Source: Balanoglossus misakiensis (lineage: Eukaryota > Animalia > Hemichordata). From it: 64,000 bases of DNA. The notes under the pieces are model-generated. The model did no database searches, was not told the DNA's origin, and saw only the letters and a program-made list of their open reading frames with translations. The first letter of the stretch is position 1; each line of letters begins with the position of its first letter. The stretch lies in contig CM082591.2 of NCBI GenBank assembly GCA_040954595.2, positions 8,658,380 to 8,722,379 on the forward strand. The letters run 5' to 3'. A program made the position numbers and the translations under genes. Positions 33,201 to 40,331 of this stretch are shown piece after piece.

Positions 33201-35869
33201 AAAAGATTCCCTTTTCCCTGGGAATAAAGGACATGATTGAGTTCATGATCGATGGAAACCCAATCATTAATGTGCCCATCGATATTCTAGGTGAGGGGAA
33301 AGAAGCAGTCCTTGCCTTTTTAAGAGAGTTTATAACAGAACATACAGTACCAAATGAATTTGTGAAAATTGTAATTGTGGGTCATGAGGAAGTTGGTAAG
33401 ACAACTCTGGTTAATGCAATACGCAATGTGATTAGGAAAGAGGGAAAAACTGATGGAATTGAAATTTCAGAGATTTCATTTCCTGACAAAGCCAAAGGGG
33501 GAGTGTTTCGAAGATGTGTATCTGCACAAGACGAATCACAGCGTCATGTAAAAGTTAAATGTTTTGACTTTGCTGGTGATGTTGACTTCTTGGAAACACA
33601 TTCATTGTACTTGACAGATAATACACTGTTCCTGTTGGTGTTTGATCTCAGCAAATTTATGATCACCAAAGCTTACAGGCCAGCAAGCTTAATCCATCAG
33701 TTGGGTAGAATTTGTCTGTGGCTGCAAACAATAAGTGGACAAGCACCAAATTCACGTGTCATACTCATTGGAACACATGCCGATGAAGTAAACAGTTCTG
33801 AAGGAAAGCAAATCTGGGAACAGTTTCAAACTCTCCTGTTCAGTACTGTCAAAATGCACATGGCAATGCATAATGGGAAGTTGGTTGACAATTGTATAAT
33901 ATGTCACCCGAGGCAAATTAAACGGAAGACCCATAAGGGAGTTGCAGGTTTTTCAATGGTTGACCTAAGTTTACAAGAAAATGAGGAACCATTTGAAGAA
34001 GAACGTGATCTCCGTTTCCCACATATTGTGGGATATTATGAAGTGAGCAGTAAGTCAAAATTACCCAGACAGATGAGCTCAAAGAATCAAAGCGTTGAGC
34101 AAGTCAAGGTAGCCATTCAAGGAGAGGCTAAAAGGTTTCTCTCTTTACAGCCTGATATTCCTTCTTTGTGGGCAACATTTCGTAGTACCCTGAAAAATAT
34201 TGTTCATCAGAAAGCAGTGGAAGGGAAACCACCAATTCTAAAATTTGACGAATATTTTGAAAGGGCAAAAGAACACGGTATATGTTCAAAGGAGGATGAC
34301 AAGTCTTTTAAGAATGTTACGAGCTATTTGAATTGCCAAGGCGATCTTCTTTATTATAATAAATGTCGATCTCCCGATCTGAAAGCAATGGTTATCCTAG
34401 ACCCTCAGTGGCTTGCACAAATGCTACGCAGTGTGATTAGTTATCAGGCCAGCCACACAGACAGCCGTGGCATTGTAAAAGTAGAATGTCTTCCTGAAGC
34501 ATGGAAAAATTTTGGTCCTGATCACCATAAGGCTCTGATTAGCTTGTTCACTGAGATGAAAATATGTCTACCAGTTGATTCCACAAATGATCACTCAGAA
34601 TGTAATGATCAAGAATACAGCAGCCTGCTTTTCCCATGTCGGTTACCTGCTCTCAAGCCAGCAGAGTCAGTTTGGCCACCCTACCCCGATGAAAATGAAC
34701 TGCAGTTAACAAAACAGTACAAACTGTCGTTTATTCCACCAACCTTGTTTAGTGAAATTATCGCAGATATCGACGCAAGGAAGAATGATATGTGTAGTGA
34801 ATCTCCAAAATACTTCAAAAACTATATTGTCGTAGACGGCAAGGTTACAAGAGCATGTCACAAATGTGTGTGTAAAGCAAAGGGAAATTTATCAACATCA
34901 GTTGAAACACAACTTCCCCATTCAGCCCATTCGGCCCTTGTGGAGTGCAATTATGCTAGTAAACAGATAATTCTCACTGCGAGGGGTGACAAACCATGTT
35001 GCTTTTTGTCAGGCTTTGAGTATCTTCTTTTCAAGATTTTAGAAAGTGGAAATTACTCTGGTTTGTCGGTAGAAAGTCGAATTCTTTGTGGTTTTTGTGT
35101 TTTGTATCGGGAATTTAAACCAGGCGAATTTGGCATTGACAATACAGACATCAAGATGGTATGCCCCAAAGACAGAAGACACAAATTTCAACAGGTTGAG
35201 CAAATCGTTGAAGGCCTTCGCTCACCCAGTTACATATATGAATCCCGTAACGATATGAAGAATATCAATATCAGCCTTAAGTTAATTGCTAAAACAGAAT
35301 GTCCCAAACTTTTCACCATCCTTCCAGTTAACACAGGGAACTTACTGTCCCTAGCACAGACAACAACAAGTGTCCGCGATGGATTTGGTGTTCATTTCGT
35401 TTGTGAAAATCCAGGCGAATGGCACTTTGTTGATGGCCCGGGATACAAAGTTGACAACTTGAAGGTGAAAGAGTTCATCAAGGATTATGGACCTCGTGTT
35501 TGCAAGGTTTTAAAGGTCATGTCATCGATGGACCCCCCAGAAAACGTAAATTATGAAGTGCCTGATGAGCACAAAATTTGCAGTTATATTGCTACCAAGC
35601 ATTCGATACAGGGTAAAAAAGGCTTGGCAAATTTGCTTGAAGAATTTTGTGATGAGTATGCTTTTTTACGAAAAGACCAACGTGACGATTCTTCTATACT
35701 CAAAGAATGCTTAATGAAACCCGATGAAATAAACCGTGAAAAACTTGGAAATTTTCTTAAAATACCAGGAGACACGACCAAATTTGGTATGCTGTATGCT
35801 GTTAAGAAGGGGGGTAAGTGGCTGTGGCTTTGTGAGCAATGTGCCAAACAGCAAAACACACGAGAGTAA
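200..35869 (+). CDS. Multi-exon ankyrin-repeat / LRR / Roc-COR (Roco family) protein gene, 5'-incomplete, no kinase domain
   Basis: 27 AG..GT-bounded exons of 87-141 nt, all multiples of 3 and phase 0, each translating to an ankyrin-like repeat. They join in frame to a terminal exon 32552-35869 with Roc and COR motifs. Exons are listed below. Confidence 0.88.
722..1204. mobile_element. Non-autonomous DNA transposon (Kolobok-like MITE)
   Basis: TTAA on both sides; TIR aggtacatgagctgcaact / agttgcagcttatgtgcct. Confidence 0.75.
1620..1844. mobile_element. Kolobok-like MITE
   Basis: TTAA flanks; TIR agtgaaggggttgtcgcgctgcg / cgcggcgcgacgaccccttccct. Confidence 0.72.
2107..2193 (+). CDS. Ankyrin exon 2
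   Basis: cag|..|gt, 87 nt; LTRLHWAVNNYYPDVSRTLVDAGLAINEE. Confidence 0.85.
3187..3291 (+). CDS. Ankyrin exon 3
   Basis: tag|..|gtaag, 105 nt; LNDRSTILHHEVRSSEKEVVQLCVELKADVHKMDS. Confidence 0.8.
4000..4221. repeat. Dispersed hairpin repeat, copy 1 (copy 2 at ~32050-32270)
   Basis: Palindrome centred on gctatttcccgaggccgcaggcctcgggaaatagc; near-identical sequence recurs at 32050-32270. Confidence 0.8.
4951..5049 (+). CDS. Ankyrin exon 4
   Basis: cag|..|gtaag, 99 nt; EKRTPLYYAVRNRRVENTGVLLKTDANFLPLSD. Confidence 0.88.
5292..5432 (+). CDS. Ankyrin exon 5
   Basis: tag|..|gtaat, 141 nt; ...QQPVYLAAATYEKKDFVNTLQQSGRDIDEEFE. Confidence 0.78.
5576..5674 (+). CDS. Ankyrin exon 6
   Basis: aag|..|gtaat, 99 nt; DGLTALHVAAYKDKKNAVEILIECGANINKQDE. 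Confidence 0.92.
5866..6024. repeat. Perfect inverted repeat (69-bp arms, 21-nt loop)
   Basis: 5866-5934 is the exact reverse complement of 5956-6024; followed by (TA)n. Confidence 0.9.
6423..6521 (+). CDS. Ankyrin exon 7
   Basis: cag|..|gtaag, 99 nt; LRYTALHRAVLSRSESIVDVLLNNNIDKNAIDK. Confidence 0.92.
7029..7124 (+). CDS. Ankyrin exon 8
   Basis: cag|..|gtgag, 96 nt; NGRTALFCAAEKRYSDIIRLLLRAQCKIDPKS. Confidence 0.9.
7621..7728 (+). CDS. Ankyrin exon 9
   Basis: tag|..|gtatg, 108 nt; NGHDNIAQLHWAAKNHHQLIVSALKDGGINIDQYVE. Confidence 0.87.
8613..8755. repeat. Hairpin repeat
   Basis: aaggttattcacaaaataccgggatttatgtcc ... ggacataaatcccggtattttgtgaataacctt. Confidence 0.8.
8935..9033 (+). CDS. 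Ankyrin exon 10
   Basis: cag|..|gtaag, 99 nt; SGMTSLQILSKERNLKGVEILVENGADINAFSV. Confidence 0.9.
9227..9367 (+). CDS. Ankyrin exon 11 (acidic Ser-rich loop insertion)
   Basis: tag|..|gtgag, 141 nt; EGHTALYYASSDKESDSETSSGEDSDCIAITKQFLSKGAQLMRETNK. Confidence 0.87.
10426..10530 (+). CDS. Ankyrin exon 12
   Basis: cag|..|gtaag, 105 nt; ELPLLWAVSRCRKDIVKNLLSAGIDINRMTKMYID. Confidence 0.87.
11431..11535 (+). CDS. Ankyrin exon 13
   Basis: cag|..|gtaag, 105 nt; SSVDKSVLQVAAESGKCESVRLCIEMGSKVNLPDV. Confidence 0.87.
12009..12107 (+). CDS. Ankyrin exon 14
   Basis: cag|..|gtatg, 99 nt; EFKTPLFYAVKSKDTDTVKKLLKAGATFYENMQ. Confidence 0.9.
13213..13810 (+). mobile_element. Helentron/DINE-1-like non-autonomous element, family B (degenerate relative at ~31549-32010)
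   Basis: ggtcccattg near start and caatgggacc near end (subterminal IR); internal (GTAT/GGAT)n and (GTCT)n microsatellites. Confidence 0.6.
15279..15374 (+). CDS. Ankyrin exon 15
   Basis: tag|..|gtaat, 96 nt; DGQTALHRTCRKGYLEAAEILLDCGANSEHDK. Confidence 0.9.
15663..15761 (+). CDS. Ankyrin exon 16
   Basis: cag|..|gtatt, 99 nt; KGMQALHHAVLSGNSKLVTLICERSADMQAGDE. Confidence 0.9.
16386..16570. mobile_element. Kolobok-like MITE (degenerate inverted relative at ~21830-22010)
   Basis: TTAA flanks; TIR aggtatacggtcacct / aggtgaccgtatacct. Confidence 0.78.
16686..16784 (+). CDS. Ankyrin exon 17
   Basis: tag|..|gtatg, 99 nt; EGKTALHYAAVQCEMEMVETLLKFDANINSADK. Confidence 0.92.
17102..17218 (+). CDS. 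Ankyrin exon 18
   Basis: cag|..|gtgag, 117 nt; DSKTALYDVLDSIEDNKGKKIKMAKFLLHKKAKIHKTEE. Confidence 0.85.
17717..17812 (+). CDS. Ankyrin exon 19
   Basis: cag|..|gtatc, 96 nt; DNLLHFYWAAQESEKILESLQTAEEDINGLHE. Confidence 0.78.
17995..18428 (+). repeat. 216-bp tandem duplication including the exon-20 splice acceptor
   Basis: 17995-18210 repeated at 18211-18426, apparently identical by eye; AG microhomology at the junctions. Confidence 0.92.
18429..18539 (+). CDS. Ankyrin exon 20
   Basis: cag|..|gtaag, 111 nt; VGNTKSTTLQYAIRENAPLKVLKCLISRGADVNRIDD. Confidence 0.88.
19887..20452 (+). mobile_element. Helentron/DINE-1-like non-autonomous element, family A
   Basis: 5' agctctgctg with (GTCC)n microsatellite; 3' cagcagagct plus stem-loop tgaccgataggtca and cttgtt; T-rich target; 5' part recurs at 56668-56835. 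Confidence 0.75.
20995..21099 (+). CDS. Ankyrin exon 21
   Basis: cag|..|gttag, 105 nt; TKRNALHWAAKYSENSQDNVNLIYNSGVKVNAYNE. Confidence 0.88.
21515..21613 (+). CDS. Ankyrin exon 22
   Basis: cag|..|gtaag, 99 nt; DDKTPLYVAAINKNVKVVQYLLKRGKANFEEYT. Confidence 0.9.
22067..22198 (+). CDS. Ankyrin exon 23
   Basis: cag|..|gtaag, 132 nt; DLKQSRPPVYLAAKMENNASAIIKVLQMAGVDINGTLVSEDSQI. Confidence 0.87.
22696..22794 (+). CDS. Ankyrin exon 24
   Basis: aag|..|gtaag, 99 nt; NGLTPLQLACKEGDLDAVKTLIDAGADVNAKNK. Confidence 0.93.
22953..23066 (+). CDS. Ankyrin exon 25
   Basis: aag|..|gtaaa, 114 nt; VQETALHTCCSSDIDIDVNLKIMEHLVDKKIDVNAIDK (an in-frame alternative AG lies 6 nt downstream). Confidence 0.85.
23640..23759 (+). 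CDS. Ankyrin exon 26
   Basis: cag|..|gtgag, 120 nt; ENKSALHTTLGGICDSNEYPFSKLAKFLIENHASLTVKDS. Confidence 0.87.
23814..23958. repeat. Hairpin repeat
   Basis: taaagaagggtagtaggagaaacgaaaggc ... gcctttcgtttctcctactacccttcttta. Confidence 0.85.
24952..25935 (+). pseudogene. Ngaro/DIRS gag-like ORF1 with C-terminal Cys/His zinc fingers
   Basis: One frame from ATG 24952 with a single premature TGA at codon 10; ends CFDFQNPSGCKRTHCRFAHICIEDGCHKDHPQHRH. Confidence 0.75.
25936..26497 (+). pseudogene. Ngaro/DIRS reverse transcriptase remnant
   Basis: VDLKSAYRLVPI, LPFGAAKSPEIF, then YLDDFLII and NWDKVVKP after a frameshift; truncated at about GIKIHART. Confidence 0.85.
26614..27645 (-). pseudogene. 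Frameshifted fragment of a C2H2-finger plus TatD-like (amidohydrolase-fold) nuclease gene
   Basis: In order on - strand: CPIPDC..LKEHVYKRH, IDAHFHPD, VAVGLHPK, AMGEIGLD, KPVILHIR; frameshifts mostly at homopolymer runs. Confidence 0.72.
27718..28332 (+). pseudogene. Tyrosine recombinase, C-terminal catalytic part (N-terminus missing)
   Basis: FFTFARKS, TKTIQ, LCPV, SGHSFRRGGAT, GDWSSNSFKRY (R-K-H-R-W-Y residues). Confidence 0.9.
30688..30860 (+). repeat. (TGCA)n/(TGTA)n/(TG)n compound microsatellite
   Basis: Directly visible. Confidence 0.9.
31239..31367 (+). CDS. Ankyrin exon 27 (capping-like repeat)
   Basis: tag|..|gtaat, 129 nt; EDHSPLDLLLDKWKESYKSRRIESVLCLRLLLEAGGYLTAKYK. Confidence 0.85.
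32050..32270. repeat. Dispersed hairpin repeat, copy 2
   Basis: Similar to 4000-4221. Confidence 0.8.
32552..35869 (+). CDS. Terminal exon: degenerate LRRs, Roc GTPase, COR, Cys/His-rich C-terminus
   Basis: Acceptor ttgtctgcag|gac is in frame with ORF 32615-35869. Motifs: LRR-like LTALYIHNNHGLTSL/DGNPIINVP, P-loop GHEEVGKT, TDGIEI, DFAG, GTHAD, COR ILDPQWL, CENPGEWH, WLWLCEQC. Confidence 0.92.
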   Translation, partial: DSLGELADIGYIFIDAENGTEVVEASSPKARNDITLSCKNSKNSEVSAMIIRSTPQNIVDLIETYNLKSLIVGNIEMGKLKGIIDARQDAKCVQEKLIIFNVRAFEKEPVMNWVNGKSISVLCLIDVTSTLPLIISVRSTDSKVINVSHCTLVKSSKGSKRKKKSDRKESMQSSIDINCQELTALYIHNNHGLTSLQDDIGFKKGLSIFVAHDNHLQKIPFSLGIKDMIEFMIDGNPIINVPIDILGEGKEAVLAFLREFITEHTVPNEFVKIVIVGHEEVGKTTLVNAIRNVIRKEGKTDGIEISEISFPDKAKGGVFRRCVSAQDESQRHVKVKCFDFAGDVDFLETHSLYLTDNTLFLLVFDLSKFMITKAYRPASLIHQLGRICLWLQTISGQAPNSRVILIGTHADEVNSSEGKQIWEQFQTLLFSTVKMHMAMHNGKLVDNCIICHPRQIKRKTHKGVAGFSMVDLSLQENEEPFEEERDLRFPHIVGYYEVSSKSKLPRQMSSKNQSVEQVKVAIQGEAKRFLSLQPDIPSLWATFRSTLKNIVHQKAVEGKPPILKFDEYFERAKEHGICSKEDDKSFKNVTSYLNCQGDLLYYNKCRSPDLKAMVILDPQWLAQMLRSVISYQASHTDSRGIVKVECLPEAWKNFGPDHHKALISLFTEMKICLPVDSTNDHSECNDQEYSSLLFPCRLPALKPAESVWPPYPDENELQLTKQYKLSFIPPTLFSEIIADIDARKNDMCSESPKYFKNYIVVDGKVTRACHKCVCKAKGNLSTSVETQLPHSAHSALVECNYASKQIILTARGDKPCCFLSGFEYLLFKILESGNYSGLSVESRILCGFCVLYREFKPGEFGIDNTDIKMVCPKDRRHKFQQVEQIVEGLRSPSYIYESRNDMKNINISLKLIAKTECPKLFTILPVNTGNLLSLAQTTTSVRDGFGVHFVCENPGEWHFVDGPGYKVDNLKVKEFIKDYGPRVCKVLKVMSSMDPPENVNYEVPDEHKICSYIATKHSIQGKKGLANLLEEFCDEYAFLRKDQRDDSSILKECLMKPDEINREKLGNFLKIPGDTTKFGMLYAVKKGGKWLWLCEQCAKQQNTRE

Positions 35870-38081
35870 CTTGTATGTGGTAGGGTGACAATACAAGAAA
35901 CAGGCAACTTGTTTGGAGCCAATCACAATTACAAAACATTTTACTGCAGACATGCAATGCTAGTATGACTATGAAGCCAATGTCCAACCTGAAGGCTTAA
36001 AACAATAATACTTTCTTTTGACCACAATAATGCATGTTAAGCATTCCCCTGACCCAACACCCTTTGTGCACACTTATCAAAGTTGTTGGTTCATTTTGAT
36101 GCTCTGTATTGTGATTATTAGCAGATGTTTTTGCTATTTATGTTGAAACATTCAAAGATTTGTTACAAAGTTTGCAGTAAAAACTTTTGCAGTAAAGAAT
36201 GATGACAATATTATAACTACAACAGGAATGTGGAAAGTTATTTTTGTAGCGACTTATAAACTGGGTTGTTTGGGGGAATCTGTGTACTTAACAGGCTACA
36301 TGCAGATACTTTTCATATGTGTATTATTGATTGTAAAGTTTTTTATATATATATAATGCACAGATATCCATTCAACAAACATAGGTGATTTCTTTTTTTT
36401 ACTAAATGCAGCTCTGTTAATTACAACAGTGGATGTGAGAAGTTGATATAATGTTAATGTTTATAAATGAAATTTGATTTTTTTATGTTTAGCATTCAAA
36501 TTGTATAAGTATACTAATTCTCAACATTTTGTATAACCACGTGTGGGTGAAATGTGTTTAAATTTTATTAAACAGTATGTTTGTGTATGACAATCATTAA
36601 CCTTTCTTTTTGTTGACTTATCTTCAACTATATATGAGACATTGAAGTTTTCAGAATTTTCTTTTATAGTGGAGTTGGCTATTTTAAAATATATCTGACT
36701 AGAGTGTATATTGCACATTTACTAGAAGTGGCTGGCTGGAATAGTTCCACAGAAGATACACATATATAGTCTATGTGCTGAAATGATTTCCTAAATAACG
36801 TTTATATATATTCCACATTGCAAATGTGATGCATGAAGCATCCTTAACAAAATATTTGAAGTGGTTGGTTTTTTTGTGTAGCATTTTCTACATTATTTGA
36901 CGAGTATTACTAGGCTCAAGTATGACTACTCATACTTTTTATTAACCATGAATTCCTATTGTGTTCTGTCAGTTGGAAGGTCAATATACCATTGATCAGA
37001 GGAAAGTGGAATGCCATTTCGTGATTGAGATATAGAGCTATTAGTCGTTAGTCTAATGGTTGAGTACATTTTTATTAAAATACACAGGATTAACTATATG
37101 ATTGAATATCTTGATCAATTACAGTAAAACGCCCACTTAATTATATTACACTCAATTTAAAACATTATGCTTTCTTGAATTACAACAGAAGTTTAACATG
37201 TATTTGTGGGTAAATAGATTTAAGTACGTTTAGATGGGCTTTGTTAGGTTGGACAGTGTCTTACAACTTAACTTTCATGTTAACTTACATCATTCCAGAA
37301 AAAGAAAAGGTGACAATCATATGATATAAAAGGCATATTGTGTTTCGGAATTGCTAACTAAGAGTGTAAGTTTATGAAAAATATGGCCCAGTAGCATTCT
37401 CCCTTTATTCAAGAATATATCTCGCTTGTGGCTGCTATATAAAGCTGCAATATTAAAGTGGATATTCTTTTAGATGTACGCTATATAGTACATTCTGTTT
37501 TATTCCAAACATATGTTCACATATGTTCTAACCTATATTCAGAGATACCATTTTCATAAAATGAAGACAAGGTATCTGTCAATCTATTGAAGAGAAGACA
37601 TTAAAGTTGTGACAAATTTCGATTTTAAAGGCACCATGTAACATTATTATTTCAGACCCGAAATTTTGCTTCTGAGATGTATCAGTTCAATATATACAGT
37701 ATATTCATTAGAGAAATATTAATACAATTGTTCTTACTGCGAGTGGAAATTAAAATTGCATCACGATTTTTTTATATTGGTGTTTCCTGTGCAGTTATCG
37801 ATGAAAGAAATGTGATCAAATCTTTATCTTTGATAATAAATTGATTATAGACATGATAAAAATCTGCAGTGCATGTGATTTTCCCCGCTGTCAGAACATG
37901 GTATCTGTGATCTTCCCTGACACAGGACATTAATCTGACTTTTGAAAAAAATGGCTTGATGAACTGAGCGTTTTGTCTGTTCTTGAAGAGGAAAGAGGTA
38001 TAAAGAACTCGAACAAATATTTCTGGAAGCTATAGCAACAGTGTCTATTAGTCCTACCTCCAGCACACTGTACGTTGTACT

Positions 38082-39171
38082 TTAGGTCTTATTAACATGT
38101 ATTAATTCACCATACAGCTCCCTGATTGGTTAACGTGTCAGTCTGCTCCCCCAGTGTTCACTGCCTCATTGTGAAATGTCCCATGTGCTTCCTGGCTAGC
38201 GTTGTGGTAACACATTATTCAGTATGTCCGCAGATCGTTCATTGATTTTCTGAGAAATAGCCTGGCTGATACTATCACTAAGATAAACCGCACCCTGGAA
38301 AAATTAAATGATCTTTTAGGTGGATTTTGAAAATCTGATTAACTCATCTAAGCATTTTAGCTAAGTTGTATATTTTTTTAATCACCCTCCTACTTATCAT
38401 CAATTTTATTATTGCTGTTATTACTATTTAAAGTAAATATGTTTTGACGAACATGTTGTGATAAGGAGCACGTTGTCCGTTTATACATTCATATATTGTT
38501 TTCATAAAATGGAACTGTGACGGTGCAGCTTCGTGAAAGAAGTTCAATAAAAGTAATCATACCTGTAAAGCAACTAATGAGGTATCCCAAAGAAATGCAA
38601 TGCTATTCTAAACATTTCTATTGTAAGATATTTTTGGTTTGCTCGAATGAATAGCACACACTTCGTATTCAGCCAGATGTTACACGAAGTGATGCGCTGA
38701 AAGGCATTACGTAACAAAACACTAGCCCATTTCAACAAACCGCCACTGAAAATAAAATAAAAAAAAATTCTCCTGGCAATATTTATTTCGAGTATCTAGT
38801 TCACAGTATCACATAAAATGCCATGAATAGTGTGAAGGAAAATGTGAAATCCAATCATTATATGAGTGCCTTTCTTTATACACTGGGATCGATCGCGAGC
38901 TTCGACCATGCGCAGGTAGCATGCCAGACAGAATACGACAACAGTATTCAGAAAGTACAAAAGACTTTGCATAACGAGGCAGTGAAAACTGGAGACCTAC
39001 ACATTAACAATCAGGGAGCTGACAATTGAATAAATACATATTAATAAGACCTAACCTACAAGGTCCTGCATAATGAGACAGTGAACACTGGAGGACCAGA
39101 CCTACACATTAACCAATCAGGGAGCTGTAAAGTGAATAATACATAGTAATAAGACATAACCTACAAGGTCT
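38082..39171. repeat. Inverted-repeat element whose right arm has two ~100-bp tandem units
   Basis: 38082-38175 is a reverse complement of units at ~38970-39065 and ~39068-39171 (aatcagggagctg...taataagacctaa). Confidence 0.6.
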
Positions 39172-40331
39172 AGTGTCCCTTCAATCAGCGTGCCGCAAGT
39201 GGACCTAAGATTACCAGATGGACCAATCACAGATGTCGGTACATATGTCATGGACCTGACTTATGAAACAGGACTTTTGAAACAGGACTATTATGACTTG
39301 CTGCCGTGACAAAAGATTTACACTGAATGATTGATACAGCCGTTACGTTGCTTGCAATTAGTTCATAAGCGCATACCAGGCGCGTGCCAGACTAACTATT
39401 AAAGTAAATTGTATTGACTAATGGCTCGACCTTCGACCTTCGAGTCAATACTTTTTATCGCGTAAATGCCTGTCGTTCACAAGATTTTACGCTCTGAATG
39501 CTCGGGCGTGTTTTCCTGTCTTATTTCTGTGTGTGAAAATTCATGAAATTGATTAAAAACATAATCCCCGGTATAAAATGATAAAAACGCGACTAAAAAG
39601 CCAAAACGGCGGAAGGAACTTACGCTGATCTTTGTTTCTTGCAATGCAAGTTTCCCACGATTTCTACAACAAGAACGTGCCATGAGTTTTGTATAAAATT
39701 TAACTTAACGAGAAACGTACCAAATATTTACACTCGTCCGAGATTTGTTACCATCCGAGGAACGGCGGATAGAGTAGAAGTATATGCTCTTATGAGTATT
39801 ATGTCAGCCGTAGTGCGTGTACGGCATCATGCATTTTCACTGTTTTGTTATCGCAATATCAGCATAAACATCTAACCCGGCATCGTTTCAAAAGCGATCA
39901 AATTTCAGAAACAGGGTCGTCACCGTCTTTTGAATGATGTAAACTGCTGTAACATCGACGTGTGACTGTCCGATTTTGATATGAAAATCGAATGATAGCG
40001 ATGCTTACAATCGTCAAATGTCTCTTGCCAACGGAAATTTGTTTGAGCAAACGTTTTCCCGCCCAAAAGATTTTTGAAATTTTGCTTAATAAAATGATAA
40101 CACATTGGCTATTTCATGAATGAGTTTATTATAACTATACCACCAACAACCGCCTAGTGGAATTATGCTTTTCATAAAAAAAGTTTTGCCGTATTAAACA
40201 CGACATTATCTATGCCTCCCGTACGGGTGCATGATCGGCAGATCAGGAAAGTATAACTGAAGGCTGGGTCGTGGAAGTGATATGGTTCTTTTCCACGAAA
40301 AAATACCGCATAATATTAATAAATAGAATAG

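Noticed and set aside
32615-35869. Stand-alone intronless gene, or naming it LRRK/DAPK1/MFHAS1
   Set aside because: The ORF start is a GTG inside an exon with a strong in-frame acceptor at 32551; the domain layout matches none of those genes, so no symbol is given.
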